A DNA stretch of 64,000 nt, taken from Chiloscyllium plagiosum. Taxonomy: Eukaryota. The notes under the pieces are model-generated. The model searched no databases. It saw nothing but the letters and a program-made list of their open reading frames with translations, and had not been told where the DNA came from. Made by a program: the position numbers and the translations under genes. Shown in pieces: positions 39,420 to 52,010 of this stretch (position 1 is the first letter of the stretch; each line of letters starts with the position of its first letter). The stretch lies in contig NC_057718.1 in NCBI RefSeq assembly GCF_004010195.1, forward strand, positions 42,090,296 through 42,154,295, in the 5' to 3' direction.

Positions 39420-41015
39420 TGAGGTAAAATTAAAAATGAAATTCAGAAAGCAAAAGGAGGGCCTGAGAAAATATCAGCAAGTAAAATCAAGGAAAACCTA
39501 TAATATTTTACAAGGACATAAAGAACAAAAGGATAATTAAGGAAACAGAAGAGCTCGAGGCCAAGAGATAACTTGTGTGTAGAAGCACTTAAGGCGTGAA
39601 TGTGGTTCCTAACAAACATGATTCGGGAGAAAATATTAAGGTGCTTTGCAATGTTGTATTCCAAGCTGCTAAGAAGGAATAATAGAGGGTCTGATCACTG
39701 TTTTCAATCCTCTCTAGCTGCAGTTATGTTGCAGGCATACTGGAGGACTTCTAATGTTGCATCATTATTTAAAACTGTTGGAAGGGATGAACTAAATAAT
39801 TGTAGACCAGTTAAGCTAACCTCAATGGTGGGCGTACATTATTGGAAACAATTCTGATGTACAATGTAAATCAGTAGTAAGCATATGGATTAATCAAGGG
39901 CAGTCAGCATGTATTTGTTAAAGAAAGTCATACCTGACTAACTTGTGCAAAGTTTGGGGAGGTCACAAAGAAAATCAATGAGGATAACTCTTTTGATTTA
40001 GTCTGCATGCACTTTAGAACAATTTTTGACAAGGTCCCGCATGGCAGATGGGTCAGAAAATTATAAACTTAAAGAATCCAGGGCAAGGTGCATATTTGGA
40101 TCCAAAATTAGCTCAGTGGCTGGGCGCAAAGTCTAATGGCCAACAGATGTTTCTGTCACTGAAATGCTGTTTCTAGTGGTGTTCTGCAGGGCTCAGTACT
40201 GAATCTCCAGCTGTTCATGTTATAGATCAATGATTTAGACTTAAATGTGTCTGGCATGATTAACAAGTTTGCAGATGATATGGAAAAGGACCATGTGGTG
40301 GATTAAGAAGAAGAAACTTTCAAACTACAAGAAGGTATAATTGGACTGGTTGGGTGAGTAGAAAAGTGGCCTACAGAATTCAAAATGGAGAAGTGCGAGG
40401 TAATACAATTGTGGAAGGCAGTCAAGGCTTTCAATGCATTTTAAATGGTTGGATACTAAGAAGTGTCAAGAAACAGTGGGACCTTGAAGTAAATGTCTTC
40501 AGATCCTTGACGGTAGCAGGACAGGAAGATAAGGTGATTAAGGAAACATATGTGATATTTTCTATTATTAGCTGAGGCAGTAGGCAAGAGCAAGAATATC
40601 AAATAAAATACCCGTTGGATTACAGATAGAACACAACACACATCTTTGATTGTCAAATTACAGGAAGAATGGATTGCACTAGACAGACTGCAGAGGAAAT
40701 TTACGAGGATGTTGCCAAGAGCAAAGAATTTTAAGTAGGAGGAAAGATTGGATAAATAGGATTATTTTCTTAGTTACAGGGATGACTGAGGGAAAGTTTA
40801 GTTAATGTGGAAAGGATTATGATAGGCCCAGCTGGACCAGATAAGAATGAGTCTAATTCTGTAGCAGAGAGGTCAATAACCAATAACACACATTTAAAGT
40901 AATTGATACGAGGATTGCTGTGAATTGAGGATAATTATTTTCCACCCAGAGGATGATTAGGGTCTGGAACTCACTGTCTGAAAAACTGGTAGATTCATAA
41001 CCTCTCATGATAGTT
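39420..41015 (+). mobile_element. Decayed CR1 ORF2
   Basis: WRTSNVASLFK..GRDELNNCRPVKLTSMVG; FDKVPHGR; KFADD. Confidence 0.8.
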
Positions 41016-41024
41016 AGAAAATTA

Positions 41025-42035
41025 CAGAATCACAGAACTGTTGGTCTTGTATCCCTTATTTGATATTGTCTTCTGTTGATCTTCCTTTCAAAGTGCATCA
41101 CCTTACATTCTCTCATTGAACCTCATTCATCCAGTCATCTTACTTACCAATGACCTTTTGGAGTTGCACACTGTCCTCACAGTTCACATATCTTCAATGT
41201 TTCACGTCATCTGCAAGCCTTGAAATTGTCCACTGCATATCAAGTTCCAGGTTATTAATATATATCAAGAAAAGTAAGGATTCCAATACAGACTCTTGGA
41301 GAATCCACTTTCAACTGTCCTCCATCTTGAAAAATATCCATTGACCATTACTCTTCTATCACTCAGCAAATTTTGTATCCAAACTGCTGCTTTCCCTTTT
41401 ATACCGTGACCTATAACTTTCCACACAGGTCTATTATGTGGCATTGTATCAAATGCCTTCTGGAAATCCATGTATCCTATGTCAGTGTAACCTGAATTTG
41501 GCTTTTCTGTTACTTCTTCAAAGAACTCCAAGTTAGTTAAACATCATTTCCCCTTTAGAAATCCAATCTGATCTTTCTTAATCAACCCACCTTTTTCAAT
41601 GTGACTACTAATTCTATACCTAATAATCATTTCTAAAAGCAGCTTCACCACCAAAGTTAAATTGACAATCTGTAGTTGTTGGCAATATCTTTACAATCTT
41701 TCTTAAACAAAACTGTAATGTTTGCAATTCTCTAATTTTCTTCCCGTATCCAGGACATGTTGTCAACTTTAAGTACCAACAATATACCTTCTTTCGAACT
41801 AATTCTGAACCCTCCAAGTGATAGAGTTGCTGTCTTTGTCACCAGGCCCTGGATAGCATCCTCTTCTTTTGCAAAGTTGGATGCAAAGTGTTCATTTAAC
41901 ACCTCAGCCATGCCCCACACCTCCATGCGTAAGTTTCCTTTTCGGTCTAAAATAGGCCCTACTGCTCCTAAAACGATTCTTTTAATAATAATGTATCAAT
42001 AGAAGACTTTGGAATTTCCCTTTCTATTATCTGCC
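41025..42035 (-). mobile_element. Decayed CR1 ORF2 fragment
   Basis: MAEVLNEHFASNF; EFFEEVTE...YMDFQKAFDTMPHNR. Confidence 0.85.
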
Positions 42036-43059
42036 AGTTGGATTTTATCGCTGGATCCAAATCCTTGGATACTTTGGAAATGCTGCAACTACAAGAATAT
42101 GGATAAAAATCTGGGATTTGGATTATGTTGGATAGCTTTTTTTTCAGCCAGGACAGATGTGATAGACTTAATGGCCTTCTACTGCACCCTAATTTTCTCA
42201 CTTTCATGAGATTCCTGGCTACTCAGTCACAATTACCTTCCATAAGAATGGCAAAGAGAAATTTGTGTGGAGAGGCCATATGAAAAGAAGAGTCAGGCTG
42301 ACATGCACCACTACTTGTTTCATGATACGGTTGTTCATAACCAAAGGGAAGCCTTAGAAGTGAAAAGTATTATAAAGTAATAACATCAAGAAATCCTGTG
42401 GTGGACTGGTTGTTCACCTCTATTAAAAATGAATAAGGGTTTTATCCATCAATTTTGTTTCCTGGTTCAGATTTTCTGCACTTTAACCTTTTCCAATTCA
42501 GTCCACAGTGTTGGAAAATTTGTGTAATGATGATTAGGTCAGTTAGAAAGAAGTTTCACAAACAGAACTACTGTACAAAGTGAAATAAAAATGACAAGCA
42601 TTGGAAATATGGAAGTCAGACAGTATCTTTTGTGATGAAAAAACTGAATTAATGTTTTAAATCTGTGGCATTTCACCATTGTCCCAACATGGCTGAATAA
42701 GCTTCCTGACATGACCTTGTGCAGCACTTTAGTCTGATTATGTTTCAGCAAACTGGGTGGCCGAGATTAGGGGAAGGCAGGTTATGCTGGAAAAGGTGTA
42801 TAAAACATTGGTTAGGCCACAGCTTGAGTACTGTGTGCAGTTCTGGCATCCACATTATAGGAGGGACGTGATGGACTTGAGAAGGTACATAGGAGGTTTA
42901 TCAGGATGTTGCCTGGGCAGGAGAGGTTTAGTTATGAAGAGAGTTTGGTAGACTGGATAAAAATATGTGAGGCAAAGACAGGGTAAAAAGGAAGGAATCT
43001 TTCCCCTTGGTGGAGGGATCAATGACTGGTGTCATAGATTTAACGTAAGGGGCAAATTG

Positions 43060-43427
43060 CAGAGATCGGCACAATTGCAGTCTCATGGTGGTCTCAGTAG
43101 AAGCAAGATGGCACCAAAGAATGGAAACACTTTTTTGTGGCGGCAGAATGGCAAAGAGACTCGAGGCTGGCTGATTGCTTCGTGCTGATGTTGGCTCAGT
43201 GTGGATGACCCCATATCTAAGCCCATGTGTAAGCACTTAATAAGGACTGTACTGTTGAACTTTTAACTTTATTTCTTTACTTTTCTACCTTTATACACCA
43301 TGTCTGGTTTACTTCTGTGTTTTCAGATGGTACAGGAAGATGGCAACGTTATACAACACTTCACTGAATTTGTAACAAATATATACAACAAATACATGTG
43401 ATAGTAAATCAATCAATCATTCAAATC
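43060..43427 (+). mobile_element. Unclassified non-autonomous retroelement with a Rex1-like tail, nested in CR1
   Basis: Interrupts the CR1 between RGK and FRGDV-like codons; ends tacatgtgatagtaaatcaatcaatcattcaaatc. Confidence 0.5.
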
Positions 43428-43570
43428 AGGAGGCTTAGAGGTGATGTGACAAAAACATTTTTCACCCAAAACATGGTGAGAATCTGGAACTTATTGTCTG
43501 TAAGGATGATAGAGGTAGGAACTTTCAGAACATTGAAGAAGAATTTAGATTTGTGCTTGCAATGCCACAG

Positions 43571-43779
43571 TACATAGAGTGTGGCACTGGAAAAAGCACA
43601 GCAGGTCGGGCAGCATCTGAGGAGCAGGAGAGTTGATGTTTCGGGCAGGACCCTTCATCAGGCCTGCCCAAAATGTTGACTCTCTGCTCCTCAGATGCTG
43701 CCTGACCTGCTGTGCTTTTTCTAATGCCACACTCTATCTACACTGACTCTTTAGCATCTGCAGTCCTCACTATCTCCTA
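43571..43779. mobile_element. Inverted PLE pLTR insertion with hammerhead core
   Basis: Reverse complement of 43631-43662 is C-CTGATGA-AGGG-TCCTG-CCC-GAAACATC-AACT; TSD cttgca(a/g)tgccacag at 43556-43570 and 43780-43794. Confidence 0.86.
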
Positions 43780-43982
43780 CTTGCAGTGCCACAGCATACA
43801 AGGCAATGGGCCAGGTACTGAATAATGAGATTGGAATAGTTAGGCACTTGTTTTTGACTGTCACAGACTCGTTGGGCCGAAGGGCTTTCTTCTGTGCTGT
43901 ACACTTCTATGACTTTATGATCCTTCCACACATCATGGAGGAATGATGCAGAGAAATTAACACTGCAGAGAAATTGTTAAAA

Positions 43983-44350
43983 ATTCATTCAAAAGGTACA
44001 GGCATTGTTGACTCGGCCAGCATTTATTGTCTAGCCCTAATTGCTGAGAAGATAGGTAAGAATTAACTACATTGCTGTGGGTCTGGAGTCACATGTAGGC
44101 CAAACCAGGTAAAGACAGCAAACATCCTTCCTAAAAGAAATTAGTGAAACAGATGTTTTTTTTAAAATGACAATCGACAATGGTTACATGGTCATTAATG
44201 AGCTCACTTTTTCAAAAATTTCAATTTCCTTTTTTGACAAATTCAAATTTCATGATATGCCATAGTGAGATTTGAACACATGTCCCTAGAGCCTGAAGCT
44301 GGGGTTCTGGATTGTTAATTCAATATCATTACCACTCTGTCACTGCTTCC
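43983..44350 (-). mobile_element. tRNA-headed SINE-like repeat
   Basis: Homologous to 37525-37832; B-box-like gagatttgaacac. Confidence 0.7.
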
Positions 44351-44359
44351 CATGTCCAG

Positions 44360-47300
44360 GCAGCATGGTGCCATGCCATATTTAAAAGGCTCTTTTGCAC
44401 CTGGTCAAACGCTAGCAGTCTAGAGCTGACCTGCAAGGTTGCAGACATTTGTCCTGGCTGTGGCTGAGATGGATAAATTGATACCCCATTTTGCGGATAA
44501 GGACTTGGAGGTTCTGGTGAACAGGGTGTGAACAGTGGAGGGATGCCCTTTTCCTACAGGACTGATAGGGGAGGCTATAATACTAGACCCAGTCAGTCGG
44601 GTCCAAGATTGCTGACTGGGTCAGTGTGGTGTCAATGGTCGAGAGGAATACCCAGCAGTACAGGAAGAAAGTCAATCATCTTCTCTGCTCCATGAGGGTA
44701 CCTCTCTGCTACATCATACTCATTCTATTTCCACTGCTACACCCTATCTACACTGACTCTCCAGCATCTGCAGTCTTCACTATTTCCTACTTGCAGTGCC
44801 ATGGAATACAAGGCTATAGGCCAGGTGCTTCCCACCAAGGTCTACCACTCTCACTGTTGAATGCAACATCTTCCCTTACTTGCTCTTAGCAGGCTTGACC
44901 TCTGAACTGTTTACTCACTCACTTGGGACACCTCATTATCCCACCCGTCCCAACACCAACACTAGCAGCCTTGCCAGCCATTTTCATATTACTCAATCCC
45001 TCCTTTTCTCTCTTTAAAGTAGTACAGTTGGTGGGGTGCCAGATATTCCCCTATGAAGAGAGAATTCTGACAATGGCCAGTGAGGATTGGGACCACTCTG
45101 TGGAGATGCTGAAACCTCCATGGCCCAGTAACCAAGTAAGAAGTATTGTTCAATATTGTGCTTCTCTCCCGTTCACCCCCAATGTATGTTTGTTTTTAAC
45201 ATGCCATTAACTTCTACTTCCTGATTGTGACATTCACTCTTTGTTTCCTGCAGGCACAGTCAGGATGTTCAAGGTGTCTGCCATCAAGAGGCTGGCCATA
45301 TAAAAAGTGTTATCCTCCATCTTTGAGGAAGTGAGCACAGAAGCCTCGCAGGAAGCACGGACGAAGCTGCCTTTTGCACTCCCCATCCCCCCCCTCCTGC
45401 CCCACCTATAAGTGGGCATTTTATCTAGATTAGAGTCAAGCCAATCTGCTGATGAGTACACCACTTTCATGTCTATGCAGCTAGTATGCAGAAAGAAATG
45501 CCCCTAGCCGCTGGCACTTGAAGGTCTACCAGAGAACAGGCATCTGCTCAGTTCCAGGCAGGAGAGGACAAATAGTTATGACAATCAGGAATTTCATCTA
45601 CATGTATGAGGTGACACAGGAGGTGGGTTTTCTGGGACCACTGGAAACTGGACACAAAGTCTGCAGCAATGAGATCATACTCAGCTGCCTCAGGCATACC
45701 AGCATTTGACTGCTTCCATGGAGATGCTATGGAGAGCCAGGTCCAGCAGTCTCACAGTCTGTCAGATATGTGCATAGACTTGGTCTAGCCACTGGTGCTC
45801 AGAACCAACAGCAAAACAATAGGGGGACAGGGGACCTTGAGCTCACGCCAGGTGTCCCCCCCTCACAAGGAGCCAATAGACACCCAGCAGCTGCAGAAAC
45901 CACATAGATGTCTCCAGTAGTCTCCTCTCATGTCAATTCAGAGGTAGCTGAGCCTTCCATTTCCACCCTGCCTGCTGCCCCAGCCTTGTGGGAGGTCAAA
46001 CTGAGGAGGTGGCACTTGCCTTTGAGCAACACACCCTGGGCATGTCTGGATTCTCCAGACAGAATCAGATCCAAGGGTTGCCTGGCCAAATGTCCATGGC
46101 TAAGTGCTCCACAGTAGGGCGGGCCTCCCTCCACCTGAGCTGCGGTCCCTAGGACTGCACTGAGTTGGGTGGGTGAGGAAGAAGATCTTCTGAGGTCATG
46201 CAGGTAGTATGGGTGACATGTCACTGTAAATATATATTCACTTTTCACCATCAGGAGCCGCATGTGTATCTTTGACTACTGCAACATTGTCAGTAAAGAC
46301 CCAAGCATTCCTTAGCATTACACAGCATTCAATTGTTCAGAATGTGAGGTGAGCAGCTCCTACAATAGGTGAATTGCACGTTTTTTCTACTTTGACAATG
46401 AGGTTCCATCATCCCAGGTAGGCAAACATTGTTACTGCATCATCCTCATTAGTGGGATTCATTGGTTATCTTCCATGATAAGGTGAGGATTGATTAGGAT
46501 AAGGATGTGGACTGCACACTGTATGTATAATGTCTAAGGTTCACACAGCCTGTACAGGAGTGTTTCAGCTTCACTATATAGATGCTGTGTGATGATGGCC
46601 TTTGAAGAACCTTGTATCATTTAAAATTGAAGACCCCTCCCTCATAGAATCTAATACTTATCCAGCCCACTTTAAGTTTGGTCACCGCCATTTCCATCTC
46701 CATTGTGCGCTTATTATTAACAGCGCAATAGAAGGAAATAGCGGCTGCTCCTGGAATGGTAAGTCTCAAGCTCAGCCACACTGTTTTGGTAAATTGCAAA
46801 ATGTAAACACACCCTTTAATGGTAGCCCTCCCATCGACCCCCTTGGCTTTGCACATCTATAAGTGCTCACCCAGCCCCTGGGTCTCTGTCTTCATTTGCC
46901 TATTTTACAACCCCCCCACCCCATACCCAGGCATATCAAGTAAGCATGCCAGACATAGTACTGCACTGTCACCCATGGAAGCTAGGGTGCTATGATCCCC
47001 TTTCCATCACATGAACCTATTACCCTCCCATACTGTATTGTTTTCCCATATTACATATTCAGTTGCACCACCTCCCCCTCCATGCCCCCACCCCACAGTA
47101 TTGTCATCATTTCTACATCCCATCGCTCTGACTCCAATCTCTACAATTAAGTTCCCTGGCCCCCCTCATCCCCCTCTTAACACCCTTTGACCCTGAGTGG
47201 ACAGAGCTTCATGATTGACCGTGATGCACTCCTTGAACTACAGAGACGCGAACCCCCGATTGAGAATACCTTGACTGGATGCCTTGACCATAGCGAATCC

Positions 47301-48330
47301 CTTGGACTGGTATTGGGTCCTGTTTATGACTTACTGAACCAGAATGCTCTGACTGGTTGCCATCACCGACTTCCCTGAGGACTACTCCACTAAGGCTTTG
47401 AGGAGTCATGGCTGCCTGCTTGCTGCACGTGCAGTGTGATTGCCATATAAGCAGCTGGCATGTGGTGCATGTGTGAGATTGATGTTGCCCACTGCCATAC
47501 AACTAGATGTATACTCCTTGACTGAGGACTGCCGACTAGCAAGGCAAGCTGCCTCATTGTGTGACTGTGCTAATAGGCACAGCAAGGCAAGGGAGGGGCG
47601 ATATGAGTATGCAGTTAGTTGCTCAATGTAGCTACAAAATCAAGCAAAAAGCCCTGAAATATAGCCTTGCCCAACTCATGAGCTGGGTGCCTGCTCTTGT
47701 GCATCAAGTGTCCCTGCAGCAGCCTTTCAACATAGGTGCTGGTTGCATCCTGCAATGCAAGTCTGTAGTTCCTTAGCATTCTGCAAGTGTACTGGACAGA
47801 TGCCATGAGGATCCTCGAGGTTAGCAAATATCAGATGCTAATGTCTGTGTTCAAGAGGTGTCCATGGCTGGTGCACGTGGATCGTGCCCTGAGATGCTGT
47901 TGCGAGATGGAGGCCGTTTGCAATCAGTGGTGATCTGACATTGCCAGGTAACCACTCTGACTTATTTATTGAGAATTCTGAATGGCTGATGGTAGGATAG
48001 GGAGTTGCAGATTAATGAAATGAGATGAGTAGTTAATAACATTAACAGGCAACAATTTCCTTTGGCTGGTAATGCTAACCTATAGCTAAGTGCTTCTTTT
48101 TGACCAACGCCAACTTGATGGGCTGAAGGGCTTTCTTCTGTGCTGTAGACCGTTGTTAATCTATGACTGTAACCCTCTGGTCTTTAGTGAGAATCCACTT
48201 GATGCCTGGAGTTTAGTTAGAAGATGCAGAAAGTTGCTCCTGATGTGGAGTTAGGCCTCTCTTGATTTCTCACATGATTCTGCCATATTTCTTGCCATGG
48301 CCCACATCATTCAGGTCCTACAAGATTGCG
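44360..48330 (+). mobile_element. Decayed PIF/Harbinger element with a spliced Myb/SANT gene remnant
   Basis: MDKLIPHFADKDLEVLVNRV and KIADWVSVVSMVERNTQQYRKKVNHLL (44469-44700); GGVPDI...YEERILTMASED (about 45030-45100); 47940-48030 is homologous to 21775-21880. Confidence 0.65.
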
Positions 48331-49099
48331 CACTCTATTTCATTTTTCATAGATGATGCCTGATCTACTGAGCATTTCCAGAAAATAGATTAATAAATTT
48401 TCTATTTGACTCTCACTTGACATTATATTCAATATTATGACTGTAATTATACGATGGAATTCTCTTAGATGTGACACATAAACACCAACATATAAGCTGA
48501 CATATCCAGACGTTCCAGTGTTGCACTGCGGAAAATGAAGCAACCATTGTGACTACATCAGAAATAAAGCTTCAAAACAATGGCCTAGATTCTCTGTTGG
48601 AGTTACGCCAGGGAGCCAATATAACACAAAGTAATGGAACATCTCTTTGGAGCTAGTCTGTCTTCTTAACATTGGCTCTGTTACTTCCTGAATTTGCTAG
48701 CAAAGCCAAATCAATGAGTAGAATACTTGTTTCCAAGAATGGACAGGTATATTAAGAAATTATGAAATCATATTATGTGAAATACTATCCATTATTTGCA
48801 TCTTGCAACACTGACAGAAGCGGCACCTCTTTGTCTGCTGTCGATTAAAGCCCTTTATCATTTGAAAGGCTAAAAATGTTTATGCAATTGATTGAAAATT
48901 TAGAATTATGCTGACCACTTAAAACATGTTGCAAATACTTTTTCCTTTAACTAGTAGCAAAAAGGTGATTATCCAGGCAGGCAGAAGGGGTAGCCATTCC
49001 CTATCTGCCAATGGTTGAACAGCAGCTTGTGAACTTCCTGGAGTAAACAAAGTCTGTTAGGAATATCTCACAGCTTGCCACCCATTGACCATGAGGGAA

Positions 49100-49540
49100 A
49101 TCATTGGAAGGAGCAGATTGCCTAATGAGGAGAGAGTTGACAGGCTAGACCTGTATCCTCTGGAGTGCAGAACAGTCAGAGGTGACTTAATTGAAACATA
49201 CAAGATTCTGAGTAGACATGGCTGGGTGGATGTGAAAAGGATATTTTCTTTTTTGGAGAATCTTGAACTAGAAATCATAGTTTAAAAATAAGGAGTCACC
49301 CATTTAAGACAGAGGTAAGGATTTTTTTTTCTCTGATGGTTGTGCATCTTTGGAATTTACTTTTATCCAAAGGCAGTGGATCAAGAACCTTTAAATGTTT
49401 TTAAGGCTGAGGTAAATGAATTCTTAATTACCAAAGGGTTGCAAGATTATTGGGGGCATGCAGGATCAGGTCAGCTGAACCTACTAAATGGCAGGCTTGA
49501 AGGGCTGAGTGGCCTAATCTTGTCCCTTCTTCATATGTTC
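49100..49540 (+). mobile_element. CR1 3' end
   Basis: EERVDRLDLYPLECRTVRGDLIETYKIL. Confidence 0.85.
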
Positions 49541-51426
49541 AGCATTCACTTTCCAGAGAGAAATCACAGAGTGAGTACACATCTTGGCATGGATTACAGT
49601 CCTCTTCATGCTGCGGGGTGTCAATAACTACATGTACATTGCTTGGTGAATACCACGCGGCAACTTTCAAATATATCGTAGCCAGATGAATTCCACTCCT
49701 CCAATGTCCAGTTAGTGTGTAACAATATAATGCTGAGATAATACATAATAACCTGGAAGTAGCCATTTTTCATGTTTTCACAGTACCAAGAGCATGTGGG
49801 TGACCACAACAAACCAGATGGTGGCAAGGACTGTCCTTTGATGATTTGAATGTGCAACTCACATATAGGTGGCATGCTGACAATGAAAATAAACTGCGAC
49901 ATGAAACGTGATAGTCCAAATGTTGCAGTTCTTTCAAAATCACTTCAGCCTGCTTGGCTATCATTCTTGAGTGTTTTCTAAGTTAGAATCAGCACTTGCT
50001 CCAATCACAGTGCAGCTCCCCTTTAAGTTTATGTTGCACAGACTGTTTATTAAGCTCTGAAAGGATTAATACTCAGGAGGACATTAAGCACTATCCACTG
50101 TGATGATGCCTTGATGGGAGAATAGCATAAGATCTTGAACGAACAAAGGCTACCGTCTGGTTCTCCTTGTTGTCTTTGTAATAGTATCTCTCATACAAAT
50201 GTAACATGTACATAGTTGCAAACATCCAATAAACTGTATCAAGGGCCTCTTCTCATTAGACCAGCAAATGGGTTTCCTCCTTCACATTATTTCAAGTGGG
50301 TCTTGTCGAACCCTTTCCTAAATGGGGCTAGTGGCAGCAAACAAACCACATGATGAGCAATAGTGCAGATAGCCTGAGACAACACAGGTTTGTTTAAATT
50401 GATGCTAGCCTCTCACAACTGCACTCGCTGCTGTCACTTAACAGCATGCTTAGGTTCCAAACAATAATCATATAAATTCATACAGTCATACAAAATTTGC
50501 ATGCTTCCTGCATCAGAAGTAACAGGTACATGGTAATTCTGCATTATAATCCCCATGCCCATTTTCAGCCAATGTCTAATTTTACAGTCAGAGAATTTGT
50601 TGAACGTGAAATTCATTGAGCAAGATGATTTCATAAGATGCAGCAATATGATTGTTTGTGAGTAAAGTTTGTTTCCAAAGTGGGATTAAAAGGCATTCAG
50701 TATTTGACTTTAGTATTCTCTGTATGTTTAGAAGTGTATATAATTTATGTTCAGAAAACACATTCAAATCATAGAATCATGTACGCCAAAGGAAGGTCAA
50801 AGTAGAAAGTTAATAAAACACTGTACTGGATTGCCCAATGTTGGAGCGAGGTGGCATTCTTGCCTGATTTCAATATGAACTCCTAATCTTTCTTATGCCT
50901 TTTAGGGCAAAAGGTAGAAAGAGGTTGGTAACTTTCATCATTAGAGCTGGTTAATCAGCAAATGAGTCACCCTGGGGTTGCATTTATGCAGTTAACTGAA
51001 CAGCAGAAAAGGTGGAAGGATCTGAGACTGGTTAGTTCATTTGCTCTGTCAGGTGTCTGCTTATAAGATCTCAAAGCAGAGGAATGGGAAAAAAGGGGTC
51101 TGCAAATATAGTTTAACAAAAGAGATGCCATATTATTTTGTACATAACTTTAAACTAAATATTATTGTATATTTTGTTGAAAATCTGTAGGTTCTTAATG
51201 CCAGGTATTTGGAATGTTTCTGTAACCCGTGGCTGCTTAAATCAGGGTCTTGCTTCTGGAACTGACGAGGCTTTTAATCACAGCCGTAATACATTTATCA
51301 CAAGGTGCAGTCAGACCATTAATGATAAATGCAAGTAGCACAACAGCAATCATGACCTCCTTCTAGCTCTGTTTGAAAATCTAGATATTTTTAGTTTTAC
51401 TGGATTCAGGCTTTATAACTGTTACA

Positions 51427-51440
51427 GTTGCTATGGAAAC
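51427..51440. promoter_or_regulatory. RFX X-box-like palindrome GTTGCTATGGAAAC
   Basis: Close match to the GTTGCCATGGCAAC consensus, with extended ACA...TGT symmetry, in unique sequence. Confidence 0.35.
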
Positions 51441-52010
51441 TGTGGGCCTTCTGGTGTTCCCTTAGTGTCAGCATTACATTATAGCCACCCCTGAGAGTGA
51501 TTTTTAAAAAAAATTGTAACCCTTACAAGGCTAGTAGTATGTCAGGGCATATGTTGATGAGCTGTTAGGGCACAAATTGAAGCAAAAGTTTGATTAGCAA
51601 GGTGGCAATAATTTTTCAAATGTTTCAAAGCTTGACTACAGACAAAACTAGGTCCCAGATTTGCCTACTATTCACTTTTCAAACCATACTATGTTTAAAT
51701 TAATACCTTAATATAACTAATAGTCTTCCAATCATAAACAAGAACTCCTGCATTATACAGACTGGGAAAATTGTTGTAAAACTCTATTTCTAATTTTTAC
51801 TTGAAGTGAACTGCATGTATTATTCGGCATTTAATGACATTTTGTTAAGAAACGTAGAAAAGAAACAGAGTAGATGGTGGAATGGGAACAATGGGGTCTT
51901 GAGTCTCCTTTGACATTTGATAAGATCATGCTGATCTTTGAACTTAACACACTTTCTGTCTGACTCATGCCTCTTGATTCCCTGACAGTCCAAGCATAGA
52001 GCCTTGTACG

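Larger units (their letters stand above)
42765..43920 (+). mobile_element. CR1 3' portion with two nested insertions
   Basis: YKTLVRPQLEYCVQFWHPHYRRD; 3' UTR ttgggccgaagggctttcttctgtgctgtacacttctatgact. Confidence 0.82.

Noticed and set aside
51262..51299. Hammerhead-like CTGACGA-GGCT...AGCC-GTAA...TATC
   Set aside because: The invariant GAAA is GTAA and no helix I pairing is possible; probably chance.
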